Assembly (NCBI GenBank): GCA_045540035.1
Contig: JAZQGL010000003.1
Coordinates: forward strand, 492-64,491
Length of the DNA: 64,000 nucleotides
Origin: Faecousia sp.
Lineage (GTDB): Bacteria > Bacillota > Clostridia > Oscillospirales > Oscillospiraceae
Direction of reading: 5' to 3'
Shown here: piece after piece, positions 9,701-17,829 of the stretch
Layout of the letters: each line of letters opens with the position of its first letter
Position numbering within the stretch: position 1 is the first letter of the stretch
Program-made: the position numbers and the translations under genes
Notes under the pieces: model-generated
What the model was told of the DNA's origin: nothing
The model's input: the letters and a program-made list of their open reading frames with translations, nothing else
The model's database searches: none

Positions 9701-10736
9701 CCAGCACGCCCACATTGTTGTTGCGGGCGGCAATGATGCCGGCAACGTGGGTGCCGTGACCGTTGGTGTCGCCGCCGTTGCCTTTGCCGGCAACGATGTC
9801 CACGCCGTAGTAGTCATCCACATAGCCGTTTTGGTCATCGTCGATGTTGTTTCCGGGGATCTCGTCGGCATTGACCCACATATTGTCCTTCAGGTCTTCG
9901 TGTTCGTAATCCACGCCGGAGTCAATGACCGCCACGATCACGCTGGCATCGCCGCCTTCATGCTCCATCGTTTCGTAGCCGTCCACGATGCCGCAGTGGT
10001 GGAAATGCCACTGATCCTTGTTGTGACCGTTCTTCTTGAACTCCTCGTCCTTTTCCTTGTCGAAATGCTTATAGTCATCCAATGCGGCGGTATGTACTTC
10101 GTAGTTAAACTCCGCCAGCAGCACTTCGTCCAGTTCCCGGACATCGTCCAACGCATCCTTGGCATCTGTGCCTTCGATGAGTTTTGCTTCGTACCAGGCA
10201 GCGCTGTCCAGCGGTACGATCTTCTCCAACGCGCCAACGCCGGCGGCTTTCAGACCGTCGGTGAGGGTTTCAGAGGGCAGTTTTACCAGAATGCTCTCCC
10301 CGGAGAAAGAGACCTGCTCGGTCTCGATCAGTTCGGGATAGACCTGGTCGAAAGGCGCTTTCATTGCGCCGTTCTCGTCATAAATTTCGGGGTTCTGCGT
10401 TACATCCACAGCAGGCGCCTCTGTCTTCTGGGACGCGCCCAGATCGACTACGAAAGACTCCTCCTCAGGCTTCTGCTGTGTACCGACCAGTTGCTGGACA
10501 ACTGCGTCCAGTTCTGCATCGGTCAGATCGGATGCGTCCTGACCGCCGATCAGTTCGGCAACCAGTTCCTTCTGCTCCCGATCCATTTCCTCAGGATCCT
10601 GAACCTGCAGGATCTCCTTAACAGGTTGATCCTGTCCGGGCTGCGCTGCATCCATTTTTGCAGGTGCGCCGCAAGCGGCAAAACTCAGCACCATACAAAT
10701 GCACAGCAACATGGCGATGATTCTTTTCATTTTCAC
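3795..10736 (-). CDS. Large lipoprotein S8 subtilisin-like serine protease with Ig-like (Big_2), RCC1-like, FN3-like and C-terminal dockerin modules
   Basis: Lipobox SFAA-C; catalytic motifs VIDSG, HGTHVAG, GTSMAAP; Big_2-type YESSDxxVAxVDxxGxVTAV repeats; GNSYGQLG; C-terminal GDVDGDGVITNLDA...ADLNGDGVLWAAEA. Confidence 0.9.
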   Translation of the reverse strand: MKMKRIIAMLLCICMVLSFAACGAPAKMDAAQPGQDQPVKEILQVQDPEEMDREQKELVAELIGGQDASDLTDAELDAVVQQLVGTQQKPEEESFVVDLGASQKTEAPAVDVTQNPEIYDENGAMKAPFDQVYPELIETEQVSFSGESILVKLPSETLTDGLKAAGVGALEKIVPLDSAAWYEAKLIEGTDAKDALDDVRELDEVLLAEFNYEVHTAALDDYKHFDKEKDEEFKKNGHNKDQWHFHHCGIVDGYETMEHEGGDASVIVAVIDSGVDYEHEDLKDNMWVNADEIPGNNIDDDQNGYVDDYYGVDIVAGKGNGGDTNGHGTHVAGIIAARNNNVGVLGIAYNVKIMSVKAAMHNGTLNQADIAKAILYAYENGAEVINMSFGGSACSIAVQDALYAAYDRCVLVASAGNDGENNEPTPTDSIAVPNYPAALTYVLGVMSVDEAGRESVFTNWDVKAFNNVEYELYAPGENIMSTLPGNKYGFLSGTSMAAPMVSAFAAILRSEFADRDKYPTKFIYGQLASTSGVCADCLNPAIHGQHNLPQVADLHAALTQLPKPELNVQDYALFDDPKYSEKNNGDGVIDAGETVALGLILQNRWGMSENTQVTVDTLSQAGLSDPYITVKNPTVNYGSVGTYSTQDCGKIYTDGLLTGWEDPFMLEISEDCPNDYRFTLNVTVTCENALDEADETVYTTYGAVDENVRAGYILPSVIDEDMVLTKDNLYIIPNATVIQEGVTVKVMPGTRIQFWSDDASDPYADNYIAYLQVNGKFLVEGTKEEPVLIYPSELMSAYTVEIGGSETGYVSMKYADITNFFNCGHTSSGNRIDLADHCTFRINYSEYLYERRLYNGVVQMNFLHDPNMFAESNLKDCVFYKIDYTYGPGIRIYHSTLDRCVFVDCGIQMQYSGITNSVFLGNYGEKHALSTIVQPVPENTEHTLRTAYCKQTGTTYVRAWYEIDPLYLEKLGGKLAIVETAEELRWLEENILDPNLTVNKYLETHSGYHTFGTAYNGDRLVWSDGSPIGAFLDPDGVADSASHNTPVCVLMENGQTKLIYNQYNTDTFKLYEIPGEVLPWEITFDDYEVTLDTRTQYQLAPISAPVDLENSAYIYESSDKTVLTVSDTGLVTPTGVGTADVVVYSRDKAVQNYVTFTVLAREVTLEQNAVTMYETKSMQLAPTISPNQYDDETFTYESSDESVAKVDENGVVTAVSQGTARITVSSAAPIVPAVVTVTVDSYCMPESIAFTRQTAELEVGDTLQTALTAAPENATLFGMTYVSDNEDAVQVDKYGKLTAVGSGVANITVSCEGLTATMQVVAYQKATRLSVTPVITAVLTDQTAELPQIITDQGADLLLTWRSTDEDVAVIEDGKLVLKTAGTTSVVATDSRSGLSAACLLVVTEEESAPIKDVLVNNHTGYFHFVLLEDGRLYTWDSNYRQTPVQIAEGVLAIDIYYDNCVAVMENGEIRLFDGGKMDPTWRVESSACTGWKIKGFSRDTYSNFVLTESGNVYAWSTQAAGNSYGQLGIGTTGHTETPTLVNLDGVVDVRTNGSSRTYFLTDKGELYVAGNGYSTIPQLIATNVDELLNDDGCYLTADGKISEDEHLWDLSGYDRVAYGYYYGMAVRDGKVYQFDMDSAQVKEVPGITDAVDVFMYLRTYYVELRSGMLLAFGDNTSGANHIPGQSGSVSEPVPILLETVEADVAKVTDSGLTEGVLTEETLTLTFNKALSSVIAKLYADGVQITLQEQITDYNCLTVSRSAGFAEGINYELVIPAASVYTTGGATNPEEIRIAFTYQAPETQPQKKLSKKTLSGETEPATPVVHQSQLDTTVWRHHTMDTLLEKLDELRNQFQINNAFYGNAILNPTATDTNVSHWFRPVGYNSSVYKIPFGGNWWGTTNQRTIELQMVDYTDFISYSQLMYDPYLMEAPENTYPFVTSVTLFNKYGEEVTTVGNEQIRFQVKFNRDMDTSIPLTVRFGSAYPYGDYTVEGQYVDARTWEGTYTLNTLIENGNHYFSIYGGCSATEDLELQPDNGRFGFVIDTTAAQALIMQGTATDTGIRLSWTQDDFDTLMGYNVYRATSEDGYYTRLNSTVIPADTMTFFDDTVEPGVIYYYNFTVVKTDMAESEPSGKIVIMSKDTMAPNIYHSLVTNAFTGANLVLSATITDNLNVAYANLYYRIVGTDTWNTIRMNKLNDKYSAIIPAQYVTVAGIEYYIEAFDGVSYTYKGSAEVPYTIAVQEAVGADALGDVDGDGVITNLDALLLLYTINDKYNMTAEEFARADLNGDGVLWAAEALRILQYVSGVVGSVKM

Positions 10737-10865
10737 AAACCCCTTTCGGCAGTTTTCCGCGTTCTTCGCGATAATTCATAATTCAGGGTGTAAGACCCCT
10801 TATACTGATCCCATTATATACCTATTAAAAAAGAATTGCAAGGGAACATAGTACAAAAACGCAGT

Positions 10866-10907
10866 AAAATACCACAATTCTTAACTCTTAATTATTAATT
10901 ATTAATT
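10866..10907. repeat. Right half of a heptamer-armed repeat element
   Basis: aaaataccacaattcttaactcttaattattaatt is nearly identical to 40465-40506. Confidence 0.7.
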
Positions 10908-10917
10908 CGCCGAACAG

Positions 10918-10950
10918 AAAAGCACCGCTGCGGGTTGCCGCAGCGGTGCA
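10918..10950 (-). terminator. Intrinsic terminator after adhE
   Basis: aaa-gcaccgctgcgg-gttg-ccgcagcggtgc perfect hairpin. Confidence 0.7.
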
Positions 10951-10976
10951 GAGATTTGGAAGTTTTATTTTAAAAT

Positions 10977-13571
10977 TTATTTTCCGTAGTAGGCGTTCAA
11001 GTACATCTGCTTGATCTCTTTCATCAGGGGGTAGCGGGGATTTGCGCCGGTACACTGATCGTCGAAGGCCTGCTCTACCATTTCGTCCAGACTTGCCAGG
11101 AACTCGGTCTCGTCGATGCCGTAATCCCGGATGGTGGCCTTGATGCCTACCTTCTTCTTCAGTTCCTCGATGGCAGAAATCAGGTTTTCCAGTTTCTCTT
11201 CGTCATTGCTGCCGCCCAGACCCAGATAGTCGGCTACTTCTGCATAGCGCTCCAGGGTGTGGGGGTGGTCATACTGGGAGAATGTACCCATCTTCACGGG
11301 TACTTCCGCCGCGTTGAACCGCAGAACTTCGGTGATCAAAAGTGCGTTTGCTACGCCGTGAGGCAGGTGGTGGAACGCGCCCAGTTTGTGTGCCATAGAG
11401 TGGCACACGCCCAAAAACGCGTTGGCAAATGCCATACCTGCCAGAGTGGCTGCGTTGGCCATATTCTCACGGGCTCTGGGCTCGTTGGGACCGTTGTCAT
11501 AGCACTTGGGCAGGTTCTGGAACACCAGTTTCAGACTCCGCAGCGCCAAACCGTCTGTGTAGTCGGTTGCCAGCATAGATGCGTAGGCTTCCAGGGCGTG
11601 GGTCACAGCGTCGATGCCGGAGGCGGCTGTCAGCCCCTTGGGGGCATCCATCATCATATCCGCATCCACGATGGCCATTTTGGGCATCAGTTCATAGTCA
11701 GCCAAGGGGTACTTGACACCGCTGACCTCGTCGGTAATGACGGCGAAGGGCGTCACCTCGGAGCCGGTGCCGGCGGAGGTGGGGATCGCCACGAAGTATG
11801 CCTTTTCGCCCATCTTGGGGAAGCCGTAAACGCGCTTGCGGATATCCACGAAACGCATTGCCATATCCTGGAAATCCGCATCGGGATGCTCATACAGTAC
11901 CCACATAATTTTGCCTGCATCCATAGCAGAACCGCCGCCTACGGCGATGATCAGATCGGGCTGGAATGCCCGCATTGCCTCAGCGCCTTCCCGGGCGCAG
12001 GCCAGGGTGGGATCGGGGGCTACATTGTAAAACACCGTATGGGTAATGCCCATAGCGTCCAGTTTTTCCTCCACGGGCTTGGTATAGCCGTTCTGATAGA
12101 GGAAAGTATCGGTAACGATGAAGGCTTTCTTCTTGCCGGAGAGTTCTTCCATAGCCACCGGCAGGCAGCCTTTCTTGAAATACACCTTTTCAGGGGCGCG
12201 GAACCACAGCATATTCTCCCTCCGTCTTGCCACAGTTTTTACATTCAGCAGGTGGCGTACACCTACATTTTCGGACACAGAGTTGCCGCCCCAGCTGCCA
12301 CAACCCAGAGTCAGGGAGGGGGTCAGCCGGAAGTTATACAGATCGCCGATGCCGCCCTGGGCAGAGGGGGTGTTGATCAGGATGCGGCCTGCCTTCATCC
12401 GCTTGGAGAACGCGTCCAGTTTCTCTGCCGCGGTGCGGGTGCTGAGGTAGACCGCCGCGGTGTGGCCGTAGCCGCCGTCCTCCAGCAGTTTCTGGGCTTT
12501 ATCCATAGCCTCGTCGAAGGTATGTACCCGGTACATTGCCAGCACGGGGGACAGTTTTTCGTGGGCGAAGGGCTCTTCGATGTCTACAGACTCCACCTCG
12601 CCAATGAGGATCTTGGTGTTCTCGGGAACGGTAATGCCCGCAAGACCGGCAATGGTGGGCGCGCTCTGTCCCACGATCTTGGCGTTCAGCGCGCCATTTA
12701 CCAGCAGGACGCTGCGCAGTTTTTCTTTTTCTTCATCGTTGAGGAAATAACAGCCCCGGGCAGCAAATTCTGCCTTTACTGCATCGTAAATGGAATCGAG
12801 TACCAGCACCGACTGCTCGGAGGCACAGATCATACCGTTGTCAAACGTCTTGGAGTGGATAATAGAAGATACCGCCATTAAAATGTCAGCGCTGTCATCA
12901 ATAATGGCAGGCACATTGCCGGCGCCCACACCCAGGGCGGGTTTGCCGGAAGAATAAGCGGAGCGAACCATTCCCGGACCGCCGGTTGCCAGCGTCAGGT
13001 CGGCAGAGCGCATAACCTGGGCGCTGAGTTCCAAAGAGGGCTGGTCGATCCAGCCGATGATGTCTTCCGGCGCGCCGGCTTCCACAGCGGCTTCCAGCAC
13101 CACCTTGGCGGCGGCGATGGTACAGCCCTTTGCCCGGGGGTGGGGGCTGATAACGATGCCGTTACGGGTCTTCAAGCAGATCAGCGCTTTGAAGATAGCG
13201 GTAGATGTGGGGTTGGTAGTGGGGATCACCGCTGCCACCACGCCGATGGGTTCCGCGATCTTCTGAATACCGAAAGAGGGATCTTCTTCCAGTACGCCGC
13301 AGGTCTTTTCGTGCTTGTAGGCGTTGTAGATATATTCAGATGCATAGTGATTTTTGATGACCTTGTCTTCCACAACGCCCATTCCGGTCTCTTCCACAGC
13401 CAGTTTTGCCAGAGGGATACGGGCCTTGTTGGCTGCGGTAGCCGCCGCCAGGAAGATCTTATCCACCTGCTCCTGGGTAAAGGTGGCAAATTTTGCCTGG
13501 GCTGCCCGGCAGCGCGCCATTGCCTGCTCCAGTTCTTCGGGGGTGGTTACGGGGATGTACTGTTTCGTCAT
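10977..13571 (-). CDS. adhE: Bifunctional acetaldehyde-CoA/alcohol dehydrogenase
   Basis: ALDH half (PTTNPTST, KTFDNGMICASEQ, LGCGSWGGNS) fused to Fe-ADH half (GGGSAMDAGK, HSMAHKLG, HGVANA); start placed at ATG 13571. Confidence 0.97.
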   Translation of the reverse strand: MTKQYIPVTTPEELEQAMARCRAAQAKFATFTQEQVDKIFLAAATAANKARIPLAKLAVEETGMGVVEDKVIKNHYASEYIYNAYKHEKTCGVLEEDPSFGIQKIAEPIGVVAAVIPTTNPTSTAIFKALICLKTRNGIVISPHPRAKGCTIAAAKVVLEAAVEAGAPEDIIGWIDQPSLELSAQVMRSADLTLATGGPGMVRSAYSSGKPALGVGAGNVPAIIDDSADILMAVSSIIHSKTFDNGMICASEQSVLVLDSIYDAVKAEFAARGCYFLNDEEKEKLRSVLLVNGALNAKIVGQSAPTIAGLAGITVPENTKILIGEVESVDIEEPFAHEKLSPVLAMYRVHTFDEAMDKAQKLLEDGGYGHTAAVYLSTRTAAEKLDAFSKRMKAGRILINTPSAQGGIGDLYNFRLTPSLTLGCGSWGGNSVSENVGVRHLLNVKTVARRRENMLWFRAPEKVYFKKGCLPVAMEELSGKKKAFIVTDTFLYQNGYTKPVEEKLDAMGITHTVFYNVAPDPTLACAREGAEAMRAFQPDLIIAVGGGSAMDAGKIMWVLYEHPDADFQDMAMRFVDIRKRVYGFPKMGEKAYFVAIPTSAGTGSEVTPFAVITDEVSGVKYPLADYELMPKMAIVDADMMMDAPKGLTAASGIDAVTHALEAYASMLATDYTDGLALRSLKLVFQNLPKCYDNGPNEPRARENMANAATLAGMAFANAFLGVCHSMAHKLGAFHHLPHGVANALLITEVLRFNAAEVPVKMGTFSQYDHPHTLERYAEVADYLGLGGSNDEEKLENLISAIEELKKKVGIKATIRDYGIDETEFLASLDEMVEQAFDDQCTGANPRYPLMKEIKQMYLNAYYGK

Positions 13572-13723
13572 ATTGATCACCTTTCCTAATGGGTCGAATT
13601 TTATCGATTTATTTATATCGGTTTCTTTCTATCGATATTGTATCACCGATTATACTAAAAATCTACAGTAATTTCCGTAGAATAGACCCCCGTCCTCCCC
13701 TTGTCCATTTGTTAAAATTGCAC

Positions 13724-13761
13724 AAAAGCGCGCCCTGCACATAAGATGCAGGGCGCGCTTT
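13724..13761 (-). terminator. Intrinsic terminator after the CapA-family gene
   Basis: aaaagcgcgccctgca-cataaga-tgcagggcgcgcttt. Confidence 0.75.
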
Positions 13762-13778
13762 CCGGATTTTCATATGTA

Positions 13779-15080
13779 TTACAGAATTACTTCCGCCACA
13801 TTGCCGTTGATCTTCATTTTAACGCCGTAGGGCGCAGACATTTCAGCAAAGCGCTCCAAAATAGCGCTGTCGGCGGCAGGCGCAGGCAGACCGCCGTGTT
13901 TTCTTGCCTCCTCGAAGCCCAATTCCACAGCCAGCAGTTCCAGTTTCACCAGTTCGCCGTCCTGAACTTCCCAACGGGGGATCACGGTTTCAAACATGAT
14001 CTTCTTGGTAGACAGACCCCGGGTAAAGTTCTTGGAACGCTTGAGGAACAACTGGTGCATCGTATCGTCAGATGTCAGACCCTGGGACTCGTAATAATCC
14101 TCAGGCACAAAGGGAATGTTCTCATTTTGCAAAATGAAATCGCCCAGGGAGTAGAAAATAGGTTTCCCCTTATAGATCTCCATGGGCCGCAGCAGATGCG
14201 GACCGTGACCCACCACCGCATCCGCGCCCTGATCGATAGCACGGTGCGCAAACTCCTGCAAAAACTGGGAAGGAACTTCTTTGGACATACCGCCGGGTTC
14301 GTGGGAGTGGACCGCCACGATGATCTGATCGGATACCAGTTTTGCTTCAAAGATCGCCTTGTCCAAACGGGCTAAGTCCTTGGGATTGCAGGTCATTTCC
14401 TTATGGGTATGGTCAGATACTTCCAGGAAAATGTGCTTGTCCAGTTTGAATGTGCCTTCCGGCAGTTCGTCACGGTATCCTTCGGAACGGGCGATATTCT
14501 CGCCATCATTGACGCCGGTCTGCTCTGCGATATCCTTGATAATATCCATCTGCTGCTGGGTGACCTTCAGCACGGTCTTAAACCGCAGTTGGTTGACACC
14601 GGGACGACCGGGCAAACGGCGGGATTGCTTGCCGGCAATGCCCACATCGTTATATGTAGAGTTTACAGAAGATGTAAAGCCGATCAGTGCCACACGGCCG
14701 TTTTCTGTCTCCAGATAGGCAGGAGCAGCCGCCTGATCCAGATTTTTGCCGGCGCCGGTATGGACCAAACCGCTGGCTTCCACATAATCATAAGTCTTGG
14801 CAACGCCATCGGTATCGAAGTCCAGGGTGTGGTTGTTGCACCAAGTGGTCATATTGAATCCGAAACGCTTGCAATCGTCCAATATTTCCGGGTTGGCACG
14901 GAGGTATGAGCCACCGTTAAAGACGTGACCGTGACACTCTCCCTCCCGGTTGATGGTGGTTTCCAGATTGAAATACTTGGCATCCGCTTCGCCGATCCAC
15001 TCCCGAATCGCATCGAAACCTGCATAGTTGGGGGGCAGTCTGCGCTGAACCAGCGCGTCGCCTACTGCAGCGATCTTCAT
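13779..15080 (-). CDS. CapA/PgsA-family metallophosphoesterase-like protein
   Basis: VGD, NLET, NNHTLD, HTGAG, VVGHGPH, IFYSLGDF motifs; start at MKIAAVGD. Confidence 0.85.
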   Translation of the reverse strand: MKIAAVGDALVQRRLPPNYAGFDAIREWIGEADAKYFNLETTINREGECHGHVFNGGSYLRANPEILDDCKRFGFNMTTWCNNHTLDFDTDGVAKTYDYVEASGLVHTGAGKNLDQAAAPAYLETENGRVALIGFTSSVNSTYNDVGIAGKQSRRLPGRPGVNQLRFKTVLKVTQQQMDIIKDIAEQTGVNDGENIARSEGYRDELPEGTFKLDKHIFLEVSDHTHKEMTCNPKDLARLDKAIFEAKLVSDQIIVAVHSHEPGGMSKEVPSQFLQEFAHRAIDQGADAVVGHGPHLLRPMEIYKGKPIFYSLGDFILQNENIPFVPEDYYESQGLTSDDTMHQLFLKRSKNFTRGLSTKKIMFETVIPRWEVQDGELVKLELLAVELGFEEARKHGGLPAPAADSAILERFAEMSAPYGVKMKINGNVAEVIL

Positions 15081-15093
15081 AACAGTTTCCTCC

Positions 15094-16254
15094 TTAGAAA
15101 TCGATACCGTCCTGGTTATCCAGAACAAAGTTTACAAACATTTCAATGCCGGTTGCAAAGCAGTTCTCGTCCAGATCAAAATGATCGTTATGCAACGGCA
15201 CTTTTGTGTCGGGGTTGGTATCATTGGCAACACCCAGACGGAACAGCGCGCCCGGTTTTATGCGGCTTAAGAAAGCAAAATCCTCACCGCCCAGGCTGCG
15301 CTGGGGGATCTCCACATTTTCCTCACCTGCCACCTTGACGGCAACCTCTCTGAGTTTCTTTGCCATCACATCGTTGTTCAGCACATACGGCAGGATTTTG
15401 GTGATCGTGACCTTGGCAGTTCCGCCGCACATGGTGGCAACACCCTGGCAAGTCTCCCGAATCCGGCGGATCATCGTCTCGTTCAGTTCGTCAGACCAGG
15501 TGCGCAGCGACAGGAATATCTTTGCATAATCGCAGATGATGTTGTTGGTATGACCGGCATTGAAGGCACCGGCATTCAGCACGCAGGGCTCCTGCGGCTG
15601 TACCTCCCGGGAAACCACCAACTGCATAGCAATATAGGCTTCCGCTGCCATACGAATGGCATCCACACCCTTGTGGGGCGAATTGGCGTGGGCAGACTTT
15701 CCGAAAAACTCCACCACTATACCGGTGGAATTGGCGTTGATACCACCGCTGAGAACGCCTACGAAGCCCACAGGGCAGGAGGGGTTCACATGGCAGGTCA
15801 GAATGCAGTCAATATCGTCCATAACGCCGTCTTTTGCCATCCGTTCACAGCCGGGCGTTGTATACTCCTCTGCCGGGGTAAACAGCACCTTAATGCGGCA
15901 GCGAATCTGATCGCGCATATCGTTGAGCCGTCTTGTCACTGCCAGCATTTGGGCGGTGTGGGCATCGTGACCGCAGGCGTGCATCTGACCGGGATGTCTG
16001 GACGGATAGGGGTTATTGCTTTGCTCCTGCACCGGCAAAGCGTCCATATCTGCCCGCAAGCCGATGGTAAAGGGCTTGCCCTCGTTAATGGTGGCTACAA
16101 TACTGCTTTTGCCGTATTGCTCCGTATAGGAAACACCCATTTCATCCAATTCCCGGCGAACAACTGCCAGGGTTTCGGGCAGGTCAAAGCCGATCTCTGG
16201 GATTTGGTGCAGTTCGTGACGCAACTGCTTGGCATACTCTACATAATCAAACAT
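15094..16254 (-). CDS. M20D amidohydrolase
   Basis: LHQIPEIG, LRADMDALP, MHACGHDAH, PAEE, GEDFAF, LHNDHF. Confidence 0.9.
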   Translation of the reverse strand: MFDYVEYAKQLRHELHQIPEIGFDLPETLAVVRRELDEMGVSYTEQYGKSSIVATINEGKPFTIGLRADMDALPVQEQSNNPYPSRHPGQMHACGHDAHTAQMLAVTRRLNDMRDQIRCRIKVLFTPAEEYTTPGCERMAKDGVMDDIDCILTCHVNPSCPVGFVGVLSGGINANSTGIVVEFFGKSAHANSPHKGVDAIRMAAEAYIAMQLVVSREVQPQEPCVLNAGAFNAGHTNNIICDYAKIFLSLRTWSDELNETMIRRIRETCQGVATMCGGTAKVTITKILPYVLNNDVMAKKLREVAVKVAGEENVEIPQRSLGGEDFAFLSRIKPGALFRLGVANDTNPDTKVPLHNDHFDLDENCFATGIEMFVNFVLDNQDGIDF

Positions 16255-16275
16255 ATCCTTTTCTCCTTTGCTTCG

Positions 16276-16335
16276 CTACGGTTCGTCCTCTACAGGGATA
16301 TAAAGCATCGTACTGCCGGTGGAAGTCGCCGGGCA
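16276..16335 (-). pseudogene. Relic copy of the 3' end of the gene at 17826-20180
   Basis: Translates CPATSTGST-MLYIPVEDEP* versus CPATSTGSTVGMVRPINTMLYIPAEEAEK* at 17826-17915. Confidence 0.75.
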
Positions 16336-16336
16336 G

Positions 16337-16410
16337 AATGGACAATTGTTGTATCTTCTTTCAGAGAATGATTGAAACAGTCCCCAAAGCGGACGCATTC
16401 CTTGTCCATT
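16337..16410. repeat. Degenerate heptamer-armed element bounded by aatggacaa...ttgtccatt
   Basis: Terminal inverted repeat; the first ~40 bp resemble 45773-45812. Confidence 0.6.
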
Positions 16411-16413
16411 GGT

Positions 16414-17829
16414 TTATATCTCAAAATGATCGCAAATGCGCTGGCAGACCGCCTCCGCCTCTTGTATCGTGGGCATTTCGCAAAATACCCGCAGCAGAGG
16501 CTCTGTGCCGGAGAACCGGATCACCACCCAGCCGCCGTTTTTGAAATAGATCTTACAGCCATCCATATAGGACACTTTTTTCACATCGTAAATGCCAAAA
16601 TCCGGCAGTTCCTTATCTTCAAACAGCCGCTTTTCCAGAGACGCTTTCCGCTCCGGGGCAAAAGTATAGGAGTGTTCCGCCATACAGGCGTTTCCATATT
16701 CCGCCCGGATCAGCGCCATCAATTCCGACAGTTTCTTGCCGGTGACCGCCACCATCTCCACCAGCAAAGACGCGGCATACACACCGTCCTTGCCGGGAAT
16801 GTGTCCCGTCACTGTCAGACCGCCGGAGGACTCGCCGCCCAAGATCGCGCCGCTTTTTGCCATACCTGCGGAGATGTGCTTAAATCCCACCGGCACTTCC
16901 AGACAGTACTGCCCTACGCTTTCGGCGATCCGGTCCAAACGGTGGGTGGTGGAGAGGTTTCTTACCACCGGACCTTTCCAGCCTTTGTAGCGCAGCAGAT
17001 AGTAGTAAAGCAGGGTCAAAATATCGTTGGGATGCAGGTAATTGCCCTGATCGTCAATGATGCCCAGCCGGTCTGCATCACCGTCGGTGGCAATGCCCAT
17101 ATCGTAGCCTTTGTCCACCACCTGATTTCTCAGGGTGTGCAAAAGTTCTGCCGAGGGGGCAGGCATTTTACCGCCGAACAAGGTATCGTGCTCCCGGTGG
17201 ATCACTTCCAGGTCACACCGACCGGAAATGAGGATCGTACTGAGCGCCTTTTCGCTGACGCCGTACATCGGGTCCAGCACGATCCGCAAATCGGCATTGC
17301 GGATCGCTGCCATATCGACTTTCGCCATTATATCGTCTATGTAATCGTTGATGGGGAAAAATTCCCTGACCAACCCCGCTTCCAGGGCTTTTTCGTAATC
17401 CATATGCCGGATCTTTTCCGGGTCGACTCCGGCAATATAGCGTTCAATTTCCGCAGTCTGTATCTCGTCGGCATCTCTGCCGCCGGCAGTGAACACTTTG
17501 ATGCCGTTGTACAGCGAGGGGTTGTGACTGGCGGTGACCATCATACCGTAGGGATAATTGTGCTTCATGACATGGTGCATCACCAGCGGTGTCGGTACGC
17601 TGCGGCAGATAAAGTGGGTCACGATGCCCTCTGCAGCAAAGACCTCACAACTCCACTTCACCGTCTCTTTTGACAGAAAACGGCGGTCATACCCCATAAT
17701 GATGCCTTTGTCTGCCACACCTTCTGCCTTCAGTTTATCCGCCATCGCCTTAGCCAGGATCTGAATATTTGCTTTCGTAAAATCCTCACCGATGATGGCT
17801 CTCCAACCACCGGTACCAAATTGGATCAT
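16414..17829 (-). CDS. Phosphoglucomutase/phosphomannomutase family protein
   Basis: MIQFGTGGWR, VTASHNP, TDGDADR, GGESSG, RFSGTEP; ATG 17829 overlaps the upstream stop (ATGA). Confidence 0.92.
   Translation of the reverse strand: MIQFGTGGWRAIIGEDFTKANIQILAKAMADKLKAEGVADKGIIMGYDRRFLSKETVKWSCEVFAAEGIVTHFICRSVPTPLVMHHVMKHNYPYGMMVTASHNPSLYNGIKVFTAGGRDADEIQTAEIERYIAGVDPEKIRHMDYEKALEAGLVREFFPINDYIDDIMAKVDMAAIRNADLRIVLDPMYGVSEKALSTILISGRCDLEVIHREHDTLFGGKMPAPSAELLHTLRNQVVDKGYDMGIATDGDADRLGIIDDQGNYLHPNDILTLLYYYLLRYKGWKGPVVRNLSTTHRLDRIAESVGQYCLEVPVGFKHISAGMAKSGAILGGESSGGLTVTGHIPGKDGVYAASLLVEMVAVTGKKLSELMALIRAEYGNACMAEHSYTFAPERKASLEKRLFEDKELPDFGIYDVKKVSYMDGCKIYFKNGGWVVIRFSGTEPLLRVFCEMPTIQEAEAVCQRICDHFEI

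Noticed and set aside
6000-10781. 1593-aa plus-strand ORF, and similar long antisense ORFs over adhE, rnf, glg and rfb genes
   Set aside because: Antisense shadows of GC-rich genes with biased codon use; no motifs or RBS, and the opposite strand has clear family signatures.
13709-13725. TTGTTAAAATTGCACAA as a Rex operator for adhE
   Set aside because: Plausible context, but it is 17 bp rather than the 18-bp Rex palindrome, and a similar motif at ~56940 precedes an unrelated gene; not supportable.
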